This document shows, piece after piece, positions 19,319-30,453 of a stretch of 59,628 nt of DNA (position 1 is its first letter; each line of letters opens with the position of its first letter). The stretch is taken from positions 1 to 59,628 of the forward strand of contig JAMONO010000175.1 of the NCBI GenBank assembly GCA_027065715.1, written 5' to 3'. The notes under the pieces were generated by a model, which worked only from the letters and a program-made list of their open reading frames with translations, was not told the DNA's origin and did no database searches. The DNA comes from Flavobacteriales bacterium (GTDB taxonomy: Bacteria > Bacteroidota > Bacteroidia > Flavobacteriales > Flavobacteriaceae). The translations under genes and the position numbers were made by a program.

Positions 19319-20629
19319 TTATTTTTTGATACCCACCATTTCTTCCAACATATCTGTTGTGATGGATTTGGGTCTTTCGATAGGATAACCCAGCGCTCTG
19401 TCCCAAATAATATTGGACAAAACACCGATTGAGCGACCGATAGAGAACAATACGGTATAAAAATCGTATTCTCTTACGCCGTAGTGCCATTGCACCACAC
19501 CCGATTGTGCATCGACATTGGGCCAAGGATTTTTGGCTTTGCCGTGTTCCTGCAAAATACCGGGCACAACATTATACAAAGCATCGACATATTTAAACAA
19601 AGGATCGTCGGGCAAGTGGGTCAAACAAAATTCTCTTTGAACGGTATATCTCGGGTCTGTTTTTCGCAATACGGCATGACCGTACCCCGGTATGACTTGT
19701 CCGCTATTTAAGGTATCCCAAACAAATTTTTTCAATTCGTCTTGATCGGGCACTTTATCTCCGAATTTCTCGTATAATTTTTGTAACCAACGTAATACTT
19801 CTTGATTAGCCAAACCGTGTAACGGACCTGCCAACCCGTTAATCATACCCGATACGGCATAATAAACATCGGACAACGAGCTGGCAATCAAATGTCCCGT
19901 ATGTGCACTGACGTTACCTGCTTCGTGGTCGGCATGAATGATAAAATACATACGTGACACATCGTCATAAGGAGCTTCTTTACCCATCATATAAGCAAAG
20001 TTGGCACCTAAATCCAATGTAGGATCGGGGTAGCGATGTCCTCCTTCGGGATTATAAAGTTTGTTATAAATATATGCACCGATTAAAGGTATTTTGGCCA
20101 ATAAATTGGTTGCATCTTCATAAGTTGGATCCCAATAATCCATTTTGCTGATGCCTTGACGGTATTTTACATTAAACAAAGATTCTCTTTCCAAACTCAT
20201 TACCGCTGCCGACAAAATTGCCATCGGGTGACTTTCGCTGGGAAAAGAATCGATTACATCCCATACATATTTGGGTATAATACGACGATTATTCATATCC
20301 ATTATCAAAGCTTCAACTTGTTCTTTGGCAGGAATATCACCGGTTAATAACAAATAATACAAACCTTCGACATAAGGCATTTCGGCACCTTCGGGTTTGG
20401 GAAGTTTTTCAAATACTTCGGGCAAAGTATAACCTCTGTATCGAATACCTTCGTAGGGGTCCAAATAAGAAATATCGGATATCAAACTTTTGATACCTCG
20501 CATACCTCCTATAATTTGACCGGCACGCACTTGATCTACCACAACATCACCGTATTCCTTTGCCAAACGTTTGGTTCTGGGACGATGTTCTTCTATTTTT
20601 TTATATAATTTTTCTTTTAAACACTTCAT
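19319..20629 (-). CDS. gltA: Citrate synthase
   Basis: 436 aa with GYGHAVLRKTDPR, HADHEAGNVS and RPKS near the C-terminus. Confidence 0.93.
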   Translation of the reverse strand: MKCLKEKLYKKIEEHRPRTKRLAKEYGDVVVDQVRAGQIIGGMRGIKSLISDISYLDPYEGIRYRGYTLPEVFEKLPKPEGAEMPYVEGLYYLLLTGDIPAKEQVEALIMDMNNRRIIPKYVWDVIDSFPSESHPMAILSAAVMSLERESLFNVKYRQGISKMDYWDPTYEDATNLLAKIPLIGAYIYNKLYNPEGGHRYPDPTLDLGANFAYMMGKEAPYDDVSRMYFIIHADHEAGNVSAHTGHLIASSLSDVYYAVSGMINGLAGPLHGLANQEVLRWLQKLYEKFGDKVPDQDELKKFVWDTLNSGQVIPGYGHAVLRKTDPRYTVQREFCLTHLPDDPLFKYVDALYNVVPGILQEHGKAKNPWPNVDAQSGVVQWHYGVREYDFYTVLFSIGRSIGVLSNIIWDRALGYPIERPKSITTDMLEEMVGIKK

Positions 20630-20775
20630 AGTATTAAGTTTTAAAATGTTAATATTTAGTTCGTTTCAAAATTACAAAATATAAACGGGCATATATTTGT
20701 AAATTCGGCATAATATAACAAAAATCATTTTATAATACAATTATTTCGAAACAAAAGTTACATAGGTTTTTCGGG

Positions 20776-20810
20776 ATAAAAAAAATTCCCGCATGCGGGA
20801 ATTTTTTTAA
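20776..20810 (-). terminator. Rho-independent terminator after the bamA-skp-skp operon
   Basis: A perfect 20-nt palindrome, aattcccgcatgcgggaatt (20784..20803), is flanked by an A-run and a T-run just downstream of the skp stop at 20825. Confidence 0.75.
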
Positions 20811-20824
20811 TCGGTTCTGTATGT

Positions 20825-21337
20825 TTAAAATCCTAATTTGGCTTTTACATCTGCATACAAATCTGGTCCGTTGGCAACCAAAAGATTGGTAGGACCGGAG
20901 CTGTCAAAAACATAGTCATAACCTTTTTCTTTGGCGACATCTTTAATGGCTTTCATCAACTTTTCTTGAATGGGTTTCATCAATTCGGCTTCTTTTTTGG
21001 CGGCTTCTTGTTGAATTTCTTGTTGGGCTTTGGCAATGTTTTTTTCCATTTCCATCAATTCTTTTACCCTTTTTTGATTTTCTTGTTCCGAAACGGTTGA
21101 TGATTCGGCTTGGTATTTTTTTAGTTTTGCCTGATATGCGTCTTGCATCTCTTTAAATTCTTTTTGGTATGTAGCATATAACTTTTTAAGTTGTGCTTGT
21201 CCCGCTTTAAATTCAGGCATCTCGGTCATGATTTTTTGCACATCGATATGTGCTACTTTTTGTGCAATTGCTTGGGTAGTTCCTATCCACAACAACAATG
21301 CGGCCATTACTAGTTTTAAGTGTCTCATAATACTCAT
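20825..21337 (-). CDS. skp: OmpH/Skp periplasmic chaperone
   Basis: 170 aa with a signal peptide and an alpha-helical K/E/Q-rich body. It lies downstream of bamA, as is typical in Bacteroidota. Confidence 0.85.
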   Translation of the reverse strand: MSIMRHLKLVMAALLLWIGTTQAIAQKVAHIDVQKIMTEMPEFKAGQAQLKKLYATYQKEFKEMQDAYQAKLKKYQAESSTVSEQENQKRVKELMEMEKNIAKAQQEIQQEAAKKEAELMKPIQEKLMKAIKDVAKEKGYDYVFDSSGPTNLLVANGPDLYADVKAKLGF

Positions 21338-21349
21338 TTTTATATTTAA

Positions 21350-22327
21350 TTAATTGTTATCTTTTTGATTTTGTTCTCTTTGTTCTTTTTTCTTACGACG
21401 CTCTTCCAATATGCGTTTTCTTCTTTCTTCGCGTTCTTTTTTGCGTTTTTCGGCTAATTGTTCGGGTGTAAGTTTGGGTTCGTTTTGTTGAAATTTTTTC
21501 AGTTGTTCGGGTGTCAATTGATTGCCGTAGGTTTCTTTGTTGCCTGTCGGTTGCTCCTTATTATTTGATTTTTTTTCACCCGAATTATTTTCTTTGTTGG
21601 TATCGGTTTCTTTGGGTGATTTATTTTTTTTCTTTAAAGCTTCTTCTCGTTTCTTTTTGCGTGCTTCCAAGGCTTTTTTGCGTTTTTCTTCGCGTTCTTT
21701 TTTGCGTTTTTCGGCTAATTCTTTTCGTTTTTGCTGTGCTTCCGACAATTTTTTTTGTTTGTCTTTTTTGCGTTTTTTTGCTTTCTTTTTACGTTCTTCT
21801 TTGCCTCTTTCTTTGGTAATAAGTTTTAATATTTTATCCGAAATATCCAATTTGGTCGATGTATAAATCAAGCCCAAATTATCATTTGATTTATCAAAAA
21901 CAATATCGTATTTGGCAGATTTAATAAGTTTTGAAACGGCAGCGAAAACACGATCTTGCACCGGTGTAACCAAATGTTGTTTTTGCAAAATATAATCGCC
22001 TTCGGGTCCGAATTTTGCCAGTTGGTATTTTAATAATTCTTTTTCTTTAAAGGCAATTTCCTCTTCTTTTTCTTGCAAGAGTTCTTTAGTTAACAAAACT
22101 TTTTCTTGTTCCAATTGTTGTTTTAGCTCTTGTATTTCTTTTTTTTGTTTTTCTATTTGGGTTTTCCACTGTGCGGCTCGCGCTTCAAGTTCTTTTAATG
22201 CCGATTGGTATTCGGGTAATTTTTCGAGAATGTATTCCATATCGACATAGGCTATTCTTATTCTTCCTTGTGCATTCATGTTGAAACTCAGCATGAACAA
22301 AACCGGTAATAATAGTAAATTTTTCAT
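21350..22327 (-). CDS. OmpH/Skp-like chaperone paralog with a long Lys/Glu/Arg-rich C-terminal tail
   Basis: Signal peptide and a Skp-like N-terminal half (IAYVDMEYILEKLPEYQ...), followed by a highly charged low-complexity tail of roughly 150 aa. Confidence 0.8.
   Translation of the reverse strand: MKNLLLLPVLFMLSFNMNAQGRIRIAYVDMEYILEKLPEYQSALKELEARAAQWKTQIEKQKKEIQELKQQLEQEKVLLTKELLQEKEEEIAFKEKELLKYQLAKFGPEGDYILQKQHLVTPVQDRVFAAVSKLIKSAKYDIVFDKSNDNLGLIYTSTKLDISDKILKLITKERGKEERKKKAKKRKKDKQKKLSEAQQKRKELAEKRKKEREEKRKKALEARKKKREEALKKKNKSPKETDTNKENNSGEKKSNNKEQPTGNKETYGNQLTPEQLKKFQQNEPKLTPEQLAEKRKKEREERRKRILEERRKKKEQREQNQKDNN
21427..21720 (-). repeat. Perfect 33-nt direct repeat inside the Skp-like tail coding region
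   Basis: cttcgcgttcttttttgcgtttttcggctaatt occurs at 21427..21459 and again at 21688..21720. The copies are 261 nt apart and in frame, and both encode LAEKRKKEREE. Confidence 0.85.
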
Positions 22328-22378
22328 AGCTATTTAGGTGTTAAGAAATAATTGTGCCAAAGTCGATTTCAATTTTTA

Positions 22379-24940
22379 TTACAATCGTTGATTCATGATA
22401 AAGTGCGTTTGCCAACCCGATACATGCGGCACGCCGTAGCTGTCGGGTACTTTGTCAAACCCATAGCCAAAGTCTATACCTAACAGACCAAAGGCACTCA
22501 TAAAAATTCGAACGCCGACTCCGGCGGATTTTTTTAATGAGAACGGATTAAAATACTTAATATTGTTATAAGTATTGGCTCCTTCGGCAAAAGCTAACAT
22601 ATATATGGAAGCTTGGGGTTTGAGGGTAATAGGGTATCGCAACTCAAACGAAAATTTGTTATATACCGTTCCGCCTACATTATTTCCGAAAAAACGGTTT
22701 AAAGACAAATCGGTATAACCGCGTAAAGGAATTATTTCACGCGAATCGAGACTACCGCCCATTATTCCGCTACCGCCCACAAAAAATCTCTCAAAAGGCG
22801 GTATTCCCAAATCTTTGTTATAAGCATTCAAGTATCCGAATTCGGCTTTGGAACGCAAAACTAATTTTTTATACAAATTTGAATACCAAGTACCGTTTAA
22901 TTTTACTTTGAAATATTCGATGAATTTATAGCGTTGTTGATTTATTTTGGAATAGTCGGGCAAACCGTTTTCGTTGAGATAATCGGGATTTTCGGTAATG
23001 GTTGCATAGTCAAGTTTGCTAAACAATGAATATGGCGGTGTTAATTTTAATGACAAGATAAATTCGGAACCAACCGTAGGAAAAATCGGATTGGGACCAC
23101 TTGAATTTCGTCCGAACAATACATTGTATGAAAAGTTATTGGAAGTTCCGTTGTCAAAACCGAAAGTACTGACTGCACCGTAGTTTTTAATGTCATAATG
23201 ATTCAAACTAATCGATTGACTGAGAAAAAAGTAATCGTCGGGCCATTTGAGTTTGCGCGATAATCCGACTGTCAAACCGGTAATTATAAATTTTTTGTCA
23301 CGGTCTATTTCTCTATAATTAAAGGTCGAATTTTCGTAATCAATTCCGTAATAAGTCGAATAATAGGTTGATACGGTAAAAGCTTGTGGTTTTTTGCCTC
23401 CGAACCAAGGTTCGGAGAACGATAAACTGTAAGTTTCATAGTATTGAGAAACCTGCAAATTTAAAGCCAAACTTTGTCCGTCACCCATTGGAAGCGGTTT
23501 GTATTCTTTGCCGTTAAATATATTTTTAACCGAAAAGTTTTTGAGTGCCAATCCTAAGGTTCCGATAAAATAATGTCCGTCAAAACCTCCTTGCAGTTGT
23601 ATTTGACTGCTACCGGATTCTTCAACATGCCAATCGACATCAACGGTACCGGCATTGGGGTCAATGTTTTTTAAATCGGGCGTAATGGTTTCGGCATCAA
23701 ATATTTGCATTTGAGCCAATTCGCGAATGGTTCTGATTACATTTTTTTTGCTGTATGTATCGCCGGGGAGGGTTCTCAGTTCTCTAAAAATAACCGGATC
23801 ATTGGTGCGTGTGTTTCCGTTTACGGTTATTTTGTTAAACTTGGCGGGTTTGCCTTCGTAAATACGCACTTCAAAATCAATGGTATCTTGACGCACACCT
23901 TTTTCGACCAAATTGATACGCGAAAACAGGTAACCGTGATTTTGATACAGATTGGTTATACTTTCGGCATCGGGATCTGTCGGGTCGTCTATTCTTTTGG
24001 CAATAAGTATTCCGTTGTAAACATCACCTTTTTTTATGCCTATTATTCTTTTTATAAAGGTAGTGGTGTATTTGTTATTACCCACCACATCAATATTACC
24101 GAAATAATATTTTTTTCCTTCTTCTACTTTGATATCGATATTTAGTTTGCCGTTTTTGTCAAAATAAACCGAATCGGACAAAACTCTTGCGTTTCGGTAA
24201 CCTTTTTCTTGGTAATATTTGGTAAGATTAACCAGGTCTTCTTTAAAATCGTCGGCAATATATTTGGAGCGTTTCCAAAAACGATAAAATCTTTTTTCTT
24301 TGGTATGTTTGAGTTTTCTTTTGAGTTTGGAAACTTTGATGTCTTTGTTGCCGGTGATATTAATTTTTTTTATTTTGATCCGTTTACCTTTATCGACATT
24401 GATTAACAGTTTAACATAGTCGGTTGAATCGGGGAGGGTTTTAAAATCGACTTTGGTTTTTAAAAAGCCTTTTTTTACATACATATTTTTAATGGTCTCA
24501 ACGGTTTTGGCTTTTAAATTTTCACTCAAAACCACATTTTTGACCAATCCTAAGTTTTTGATGATTTCTTTTCGTTTTGAACGTGACAAACCTTTGATGA
24601 CAACTTGGGATACTTTGGGAAGTTCTTGTAAATCGATTTCGAGGATAACTTTATTGTCTTGGGTAGGAATTACATACAGATTGACATCTGAAAAATACCC
24701 CAAATCCCAAAGTTTGTTAATTATTTCGGCTGTTTGTTCGCCCGGAACTTCAATAACATCTCCTTTGTCGTAGCCTATAAAAGCTTTGACGGTTTCGGTA
24801 TTGAATTGTTTAAGTCCGTTTACTTTGATTTTTTCTATTTGATATATTTTATAATCATCTCCTTTGGGACTTTGTGCCCAAGCAAATTGCAGTAAAAATA
24901 TTAAAAAGACACTGAGGTAATATCTGCTGTTGTTATTCAT
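22379..24940 (-). CDS. bamA: Outer membrane protein assembly factor BamA
   Basis: An ORF of about 850 aa with POTRA-like repeats and a C-terminal beta-barrel. The ORF track starts it at 24967. I prefer the ATG at 24940 (MNNNSRYYLSVFLIFLLQFAWAQ), which still overlaps the uppS stop by 8 nt. Confidence 0.9.
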   Translation of the reverse strand: MNNNSRYYLSVFLIFLLQFAWAQSPKGDDYKIYQIEKIKVNGLKQFNTETVKAFIGYDKGDVIEVPGEQTAEIINKLWDLGYFSDVNLYVIPTQDNKVILEIDLQELPKVSQVVIKGLSRSKRKEIIKNLGLVKNVVLSENLKAKTVETIKNMYVKKGFLKTKVDFKTLPDSTDYVKLLINVDKGKRIKIKKINITGNKDIKVSKLKRKLKHTKEKRFYRFWKRSKYIADDFKEDLVNLTKYYQEKGYRNARVLSDSVYFDKNGKLNIDIKVEEGKKYYFGNIDVVGNNKYTTTFIKRIIGIKKGDVYNGILIAKRIDDPTDPDAESITNLYQNHGYLFSRINLVEKGVRQDTIDFEVRIYEGKPAKFNKITVNGNTRTNDPVIFRELRTLPGDTYSKKNVIRTIRELAQMQIFDAETITPDLKNIDPNAGTVDVDWHVEESGSSQIQLQGGFDGHYFIGTLGLALKNFSVKNIFNGKEYKPLPMGDGQSLALNLQVSQYYETYSLSFSEPWFGGKKPQAFTVSTYYSTYYGIDYENSTFNYREIDRDKKFIITGLTVGLSRKLKWPDDYFFLSQSISLNHYDIKNYGAVSTFGFDNGTSNNFSYNVLFGRNSSGPNPIFPTVGSEFILSLKLTPPYSLFSKLDYATITENPDYLNENGLPDYSKINQQRYKFIEYFKVKLNGTWYSNLYKKLVLRSKAEFGYLNAYNKDLGIPPFERFFVGGSGIMGGSLDSREIIPLRGYTDLSLNRFFGNNVGGTVYNKFSFELRYPITLKPQASIYMLAFAEGANTYNNIKYFNPFSLKKSAGVGVRIFMSAFGLLGIDFGYGFDKVPDSYGVPHVSGWQTHFIMNQRL

Positions 24941-25682
24941 TGTTAATTTGTTCACTTGTTTTTCCAAATCTTCTTTCTCTTGTTTGATAGTCGGCTATGG
25001 CTTGCATATATGCTTCGGTGTTAAAGTCGGGCCATAGCATATCGGTAAAATATAATTCTGCATAAGCGATTTTCCATAACAGAAAATTACTAATTCTTTG
25101 TTCGCCTCCTGTTCTTATCATCAAATCGACATCAGGAAGATTATGGGTGTAAAGGTGCAAATTTATTTTATTTTCATCAATATTTTCGGGCAAAATTATA
25201 TTATTTTTAACTTTTTTTGCCAGTTCTTTAACCATATTTACAATTTCATGCCTTCCGCCGTAATTAAGAGCTATGCTCAATACCATACCGTTGTTGTCGG
25301 CTGTTTGTTTCATGACTTTTTGTAGGGTTTGATAGGTTTCGTAGGGCAATTCCGTTATAGCTCCAATGGCATTTAACCGGATATTTTGCTTCATCAAATC
25401 ATGAACTTGTTCGTTTAATGTTTCGACCAGCAGGTGCATCAAAGCATCGACTTCATCTTTGGGACGATTCCAGTTTTCGGTAGAGAAAGTGTATAAACTG
25501 AGGTATTTTATTTTTAAACGCACCGAATCTTCAACTATTTTACGCACGGTTTTAACGCCTTGGTGGTGCCCAAACACTCTGTTTTTGCCTTGTTTTTTTG
25601 CCCACCTGCCGTTGCCGTCCATAATTATGGCTACATGTTTCGGTAGTTTTTTTTCGGAAATTTTTTGATACAAATCTGTCAT
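24933..25682 (-). CDS. uppS: Undecaprenyl diphosphate synthase
   Basis: Motifs HVAIIMDGNGRWA, FSTENWNRP and ERRFG. Confidence 0.93.
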   Translation of the reverse strand: MTDLYQKISEKKLPKHVAIIMDGNGRWAKKQGKNRVFGHHQGVKTVRKIVEDSVRLKIKYLSLYTFSTENWNRPKDEVDALMHLLVETLNEQVHDLMKQNIRLNAIGAITELPYETYQTLQKVMKQTADNNGMVLSIALNYGGRHEIVNMVKELAKKVKNNIILPENIDENKINLHLYTHNLPDVDLMIRTGGEQRISNFLLWKIAYAELYFTDMLWPDFNTEAYMQAIADYQTRERRFGKTSEQINNE

Positions 25683-25687
25683 AAGAT

Positions 25688-26401
25688 CTACATATTAAAG
25701 TAGCATTGCAAATCGCCAAAGGTATAAATCAAACTAAAAGAAGTAAAAGTAAACCAGTCGTTCGAATTTAAATTGGTTGAAGGAGTTCGCATATATTTAT
25801 CGTTTTTTCGTTGGTCGCCGTAATAAAATTCGGTGCCGTCCAAGTTGTCTGAGAAATAATAGTGTGCACTTGTTTCAATACTTATTAAAAAGTGTCGGGA
25901 CAGTTTGTATTTGATACCTAAAACCATAGGTATTTGCAATGTAGTTCCGTTATAATCCACTACGGCATCATCGCCTTTATACAATGTGCCGAAATAGGAA
26001 CTTACACCAAGTCCGGTAAACATATAAGGTGTTAAACGTTGTCCGCGCGGTGTGGGAATATACGGGTTACGGGGCAAAAAATTGTATTCGATACCGGCTG
26101 AAAATTGCATGATACCACCGTCAATAAACATAGCTCTTTTTTGTCTGCCTAAACTCTCCGCTTCAAAATCTCCGGCAAAAACATCAAAATATTGCACGTT
26201 TAACCGCGTAGAAAACCACGGATTAACGGTTCTTTTAAAAAAGATTTGCCCGCCTGCTTTGTTGGGCATAAAATAATATTCTTTGCCTATATCACCTATA
26301 TAATTTCCACCTCCGGCACCTATTCCAAATTCGTATTGCTGTGCATAAAGGTTAAAAAAACCAGTAAAAATTACCAAAAGAATGAAGTGTAATCTCGTCA
26401 T
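25688..26401 (-). CDS. Outer-membrane beta-barrel protein (DUF6089-like)
   Basis: Signal peptide, alternating aromatic beta-strand patterns and a C-terminal FTF..LIYTFG. It lies upstream of uppS/bamA, as in many Flavobacteriia. The call is from memory. Confidence 0.55.
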   Translation of the reverse strand: MTRLHFILLVIFTGFFNLYAQQYEFGIGAGGGNYIGDIGKEYYFMPNKAGGQIFFKRTVNPWFSTRLNVQYFDVFAGDFEAESLGRQKRAMFIDGGIMQFSAGIEYNFLPRNPYIPTPRGQRLTPYMFTGLGVSSYFGTLYKGDDAVVDYNGTTLQIPMVLGIKYKLSRHFLISIETSAHYYFSDNLDGTEFYYGDQRKNDKYMRTPSTNLNSNDWFTFTSFSLIYTFGDLQCYFNM

Positions 26402-26584
26402 ATTTTTTTAAATCTCAAAGTTGCAAATATACTAATAAAACTAATTTTATAACGTTTTTTTGGCAGGTTTATTGAATTGGAAGTTTACATATCGGGTTTT
26501 ATAAAGAGATTTTTATCAAAAAAATATTTTTTTTAAAGTATTTTTAGTATCAAAGTGATATTTTTGCTTTCAAATTAAATCTTC

Positions 26585-27115
26585 ATGAGAAAACTCAAAA
26601 ACAGTGAACTGAACCGATTGGATATTCCTTCTTTTAAAAAAGCTGCAAAAACTCCTTTAATCGTAGTATTGGATAATGTCAGAAGTTTGAACAATATCGG
26701 TTCGGTATTTAGAACAGCCGATTCATTTTTGATTGAAAAAATATACCTGTGCGGTATCACGGCTCAACCACCCCACAAGGATATACATAAAACTGCCTTA
26801 GGAGCTACCGAATCGGTCGATTGGGTATATAAATCAAGCACACACGAAGCCGTTGAAGAACTCAAACGTAACAAAACCGTTATTGTCAGCATCGAACAAG
26901 CTGACAAAGCTGTCATGTTACATGATTTTGTTCCCGAAAAAAACACAAAATACGCTTTAATATTCGGAAATGAAGTTAAAGGAGTGCAACAAAGTATTAT
27001 AGATCTATCGGATTATTGTGTCGAAATACCGCAATACGGCACCAAACATTCACTCAATATATCGGTAAGCGTCGGTATTGTTGTTTGGGATTTTTTAAAA
27101 AAAATAAGTCTTTAA
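26585..27115 (+). CDS. SpoU/TrmH-family RNA 2'-O-methyltransferase
   Basis: 176 aa with LDNVRSLNNIGSVFRTADSF, FGNEVKGV and SLNISVSVGIVVW (SPOUT knot motifs). Confidence 0.8.
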   Translation: MRKLKNSELNRLDIPSFKKAAKTPLIVVLDNVRSLNNIGSVFRTADSFLIEKIYLCGITAQPPHKDIHKTALGATESVDWVYKSSTHEAVEELKRNKTVIVSIEQADKAVMLHDFVPEKNTKYALIFGNEVKGVQQSIIDLSDYCVEIPQYGTKHSLNISVSVGIVVWDFLKKISL

Positions 27116-27183
27116 ATAACATTATCGATTATTTTATCGGCAATTTTTATTATATTTGCAACAAATCACAAAAATATACGACT

Positions 27184-27714
27184 ATGACACAACCCGCCAA
27201 ATATCCAGCAGGAATGATTATTATACACTGGCTTACTTTAATTTTGCTGATAATTATTTTTTATATCGGCACCACTTTTGAAGATTATGAGTTTAACGAA
27301 GCCAATATGAACAGATACCGGGCACATGCCTTACTGGGTATGGGTGTCTTGATTTTAACTATTATTAGATTGATTATCAAACGAAAAAACATCGATAATT
27401 TGCCGGTCGAAATTACTTATTACAGCGCCGCTCACCGAAGTTTAGTCAATATCATACACCGCTTAATATATTTGTTGCTGATTTTTACACCTATGGTAGG
27501 TTTTATAATGGTTTATCAAACAGGTGCTTTGAGTTACGACTTGGGTGGTCCCTTTCCCGAAGGTGCACAATTTGACGAAAATCTCGAAACACTACACAAA
27601 ATACTTGTATTTAGCTTGTTAGGATTGATTATAGCTCATGTGGGAGGCGTTATAATGTATAATTTGAAAAACAAAGAAAACCTGTTAAAACGCATGTGTT
27701 TGTTGATGAAATAA
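27184..27714 (+). CDS. Cytochrome b561-family membrane protein
   Basis: The start is trimmed to the ATG at 27184 (MTQPAKYPAGMIIIHWLTL). It has four TM helices with conserved His residues (IHW, RAHALLG, IAHVGG). The longer ORF starting at 27016 overlaps the trmH-like gene. Confidence 0.7.
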   Translation: MTQPAKYPAGMIIIHWLTLILLIIIFYIGTTFEDYEFNEANMNRYRAHALLGMGVLILTIIRLIIKRKNIDNLPVEITYYSAAHRSLVNIIHRLIYLLLIFTPMVGFIMVYQTGALSYDLGGPFPEGAQFDENLETLHKILVFSLLGLIIAHVGGVIMYNLKNKENLLKRMCLLMK

Positions 27715-27774
27715 AGTTTTTTTTCAGGTTAAAAAAAATTGGAGTTGAAATTTGTCTCCTAAATATTTTTTTGT

Positions 27775-27782
27775 AATTTTGC
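27775..27782 (+). promoter_or_regulatory. Candidate -7 promoter box for rplS
   Basis: TAATTTTG matches TAnnTTTG exactly, about 70 nt upstream of the rplS ATG, with a TTTG about 20 nt further upstream. Confidence 0.4.
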
Positions 27783-27854
27783 AAACCATTCATCTAAACC
27801 TCTGGCGAAAATCGTGTATGTTTTTTTGAATCAATTGATAAAACGTTTTATAAA

Positions 27855-28214
27855 ATGGATAGTTTAATTAAATTTGTTCAAGACGAACTTGTAGAAAAAA
27901 AGGATTTTCCCGAATTTGGTGCCGGTGATACTATCACGGTTTACTATGAAATTAGAGAAGGGAATAAAACCAGAACTCAGTTTTTTAAAGGTGTGGTCAT
28001 TCAACGTAGAGGTTCGGGAGCTACCGAAACCTTTACCATTCGAAAAATTTCGGGTGATATTGCCGTAGAAAGAATATTTCCCGTCAATATGCCTACCATT
28101 CAAAAAATTGAGGTAAACAAAAGAGGTAAAGTTCGTAGAGCACGTATTTTCTATTTTAGAAATCTTCGTGGTAAAAAAGCCAAAATTAAAGAAAAAAGAA
28201 GCAAAAAAGCTTAA
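27855..28214 (+). CDS. rplS: 50S ribosomal protein L19
   Basis: 119 aa with [35 protein letters not shown]. Confidence 0.95.
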   Translation: MDSLIKFVQDELVEKKDFPEFGAGDTITVYYEIREGNKTRTQFFKGVVIQRRGSGATETFTIRKISGDIAVERIFPVNMPTIQKIEVNKRGKVRRARIFYFRNLRGKKAKIKEKRSKKA

Positions 28215-28241
28215 TTTTTTCGACAAACGAATTTGCTTAAA

Positions 28242-28268
28242 AATCGCTCATACGAGCGATTTTTTTTC
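28242..28268 (+). terminator. rplS rho-independent terminator
   Basis: Stem AATCGCTC pairs with GAGCGATT around the loop ATAC, followed by T7. Confidence 0.75.
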
Positions 28269-28276
28269 TTATGGGT

Positions 28277-28309
28277 AAAAAAAAGGTCGCTCTCTGATAA
28301 AGCGACCTT
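28277..28309 (-). terminator. groEL rho-independent terminator
   Basis: On the minus strand, stem AAGGTCGC pairs with GCGACCTT across a 11-nt loop, followed by a T-run. It sits directly after the groEL stop. Confidence 0.7.
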
Positions 28310-28331
28310 ATATCTAAAATCAATTTGATTG

Positions 28332-29981
<1,650 letters not shown>

Positions 29982-30043
29982 TTATTTTTCACTGGTTTTT
30001 TTACAGAAATTATGCCACACGAAACATTTTCGGGTTTGACAAT

Positions 30044-30074
30044 AAAAAAAGTGCCAATCTGTCAGACCGGCACT
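30044..30074 (-). terminator. secG rho-independent terminator
   Basis: On the minus strand, stem AGTGCC pairs with GGCACT with further internal pairing, followed by T7. It begins about 22 nt after the secG stop. Confidence 0.7.
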
Positions 30075-30096
30075 TGTTATCGAATTTATAATGAGA

Positions 30097-30447
30097 TTAT
30101 TTTTTATCTTCCTTTCCGGGAAGTATGGGATTGGGCATAGGTTTTTCATCTTCGCCTTGTGGAGGAACATGATTTTCAATTGCTTCTTTTACGGGAGAGT
30201 CTTGCACTTGGGTGGAACTGATAACAACCGAATTGGAAAGCAAAATCAATACAACCAACAAACCGAACAAATACCAAGTGGCTTTGTCCAAAAAATCGGT
30301 GGTTTGTTGCACACCGCCGAACATATTACCGCCGCCACCTCCAAAATTGGCGTCCAAACCGCCTCCTTTGGGATTTTGCACCATGATAACCATTACCAAC
30401 AAAAATGCAACAACTGCAATCAATAGTATAAAAACATATAAACTCAT
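30097..30447 (-). CDS. secG: Preprotein translocase subunit SecG
   Basis: 116 aa with two TM helices flanking a Gly-rich loop (VQNPKGGGLDANFGGGGGNMFGG), as in SecG. Confidence 0.85.
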   Translation of the reverse strand: MSLYVFILLIAVVAFLLVMVIMVQNPKGGGLDANFGGGGGNMFGGVQQTTDFLDKATWYLFGLLVVLILLSNSVVISSTQVQDSPVKEAIENHVPPQGEDEKPMPNPILPGKEDKK

Positions 30448-30453
30448 AATTAT

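Noticed and set aside
21511-21866. ORFs of 102 and 109 aa antisense to the Skp-like tail
   Set aside because: They are the Phe/Leu-rich mirror image of a Lys/Glu-rich coding repeat, not independent genes.
27016-27183. Upstream extension of the cytochrome b561 ORF
   Set aside because: It overlaps the 3' end of the trmH-like gene by 100 nt in another frame. The TM-rich protein begins naturally at the ATG at 27184.
30040-30057. A sigma54-like -24 element (TGGCAC) on the minus strand upstream of groEL
   Set aside because: The expected -12 element is TTAT rather than TTGC, and the TGGCAC forms the 3' arm of the secG terminator stem. I treat it as coincidental.
29982-30179. A 65-aa ORF in the position where groES would be expected
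   Set aside because: Its sequence (MKIMFLHKAKMKNLCPIPYFPERK...) has no Cpn10 features. It overlaps the secG 3' end and terminator, and it is Cys/Phe-rich like a random AT-rich reading frame.
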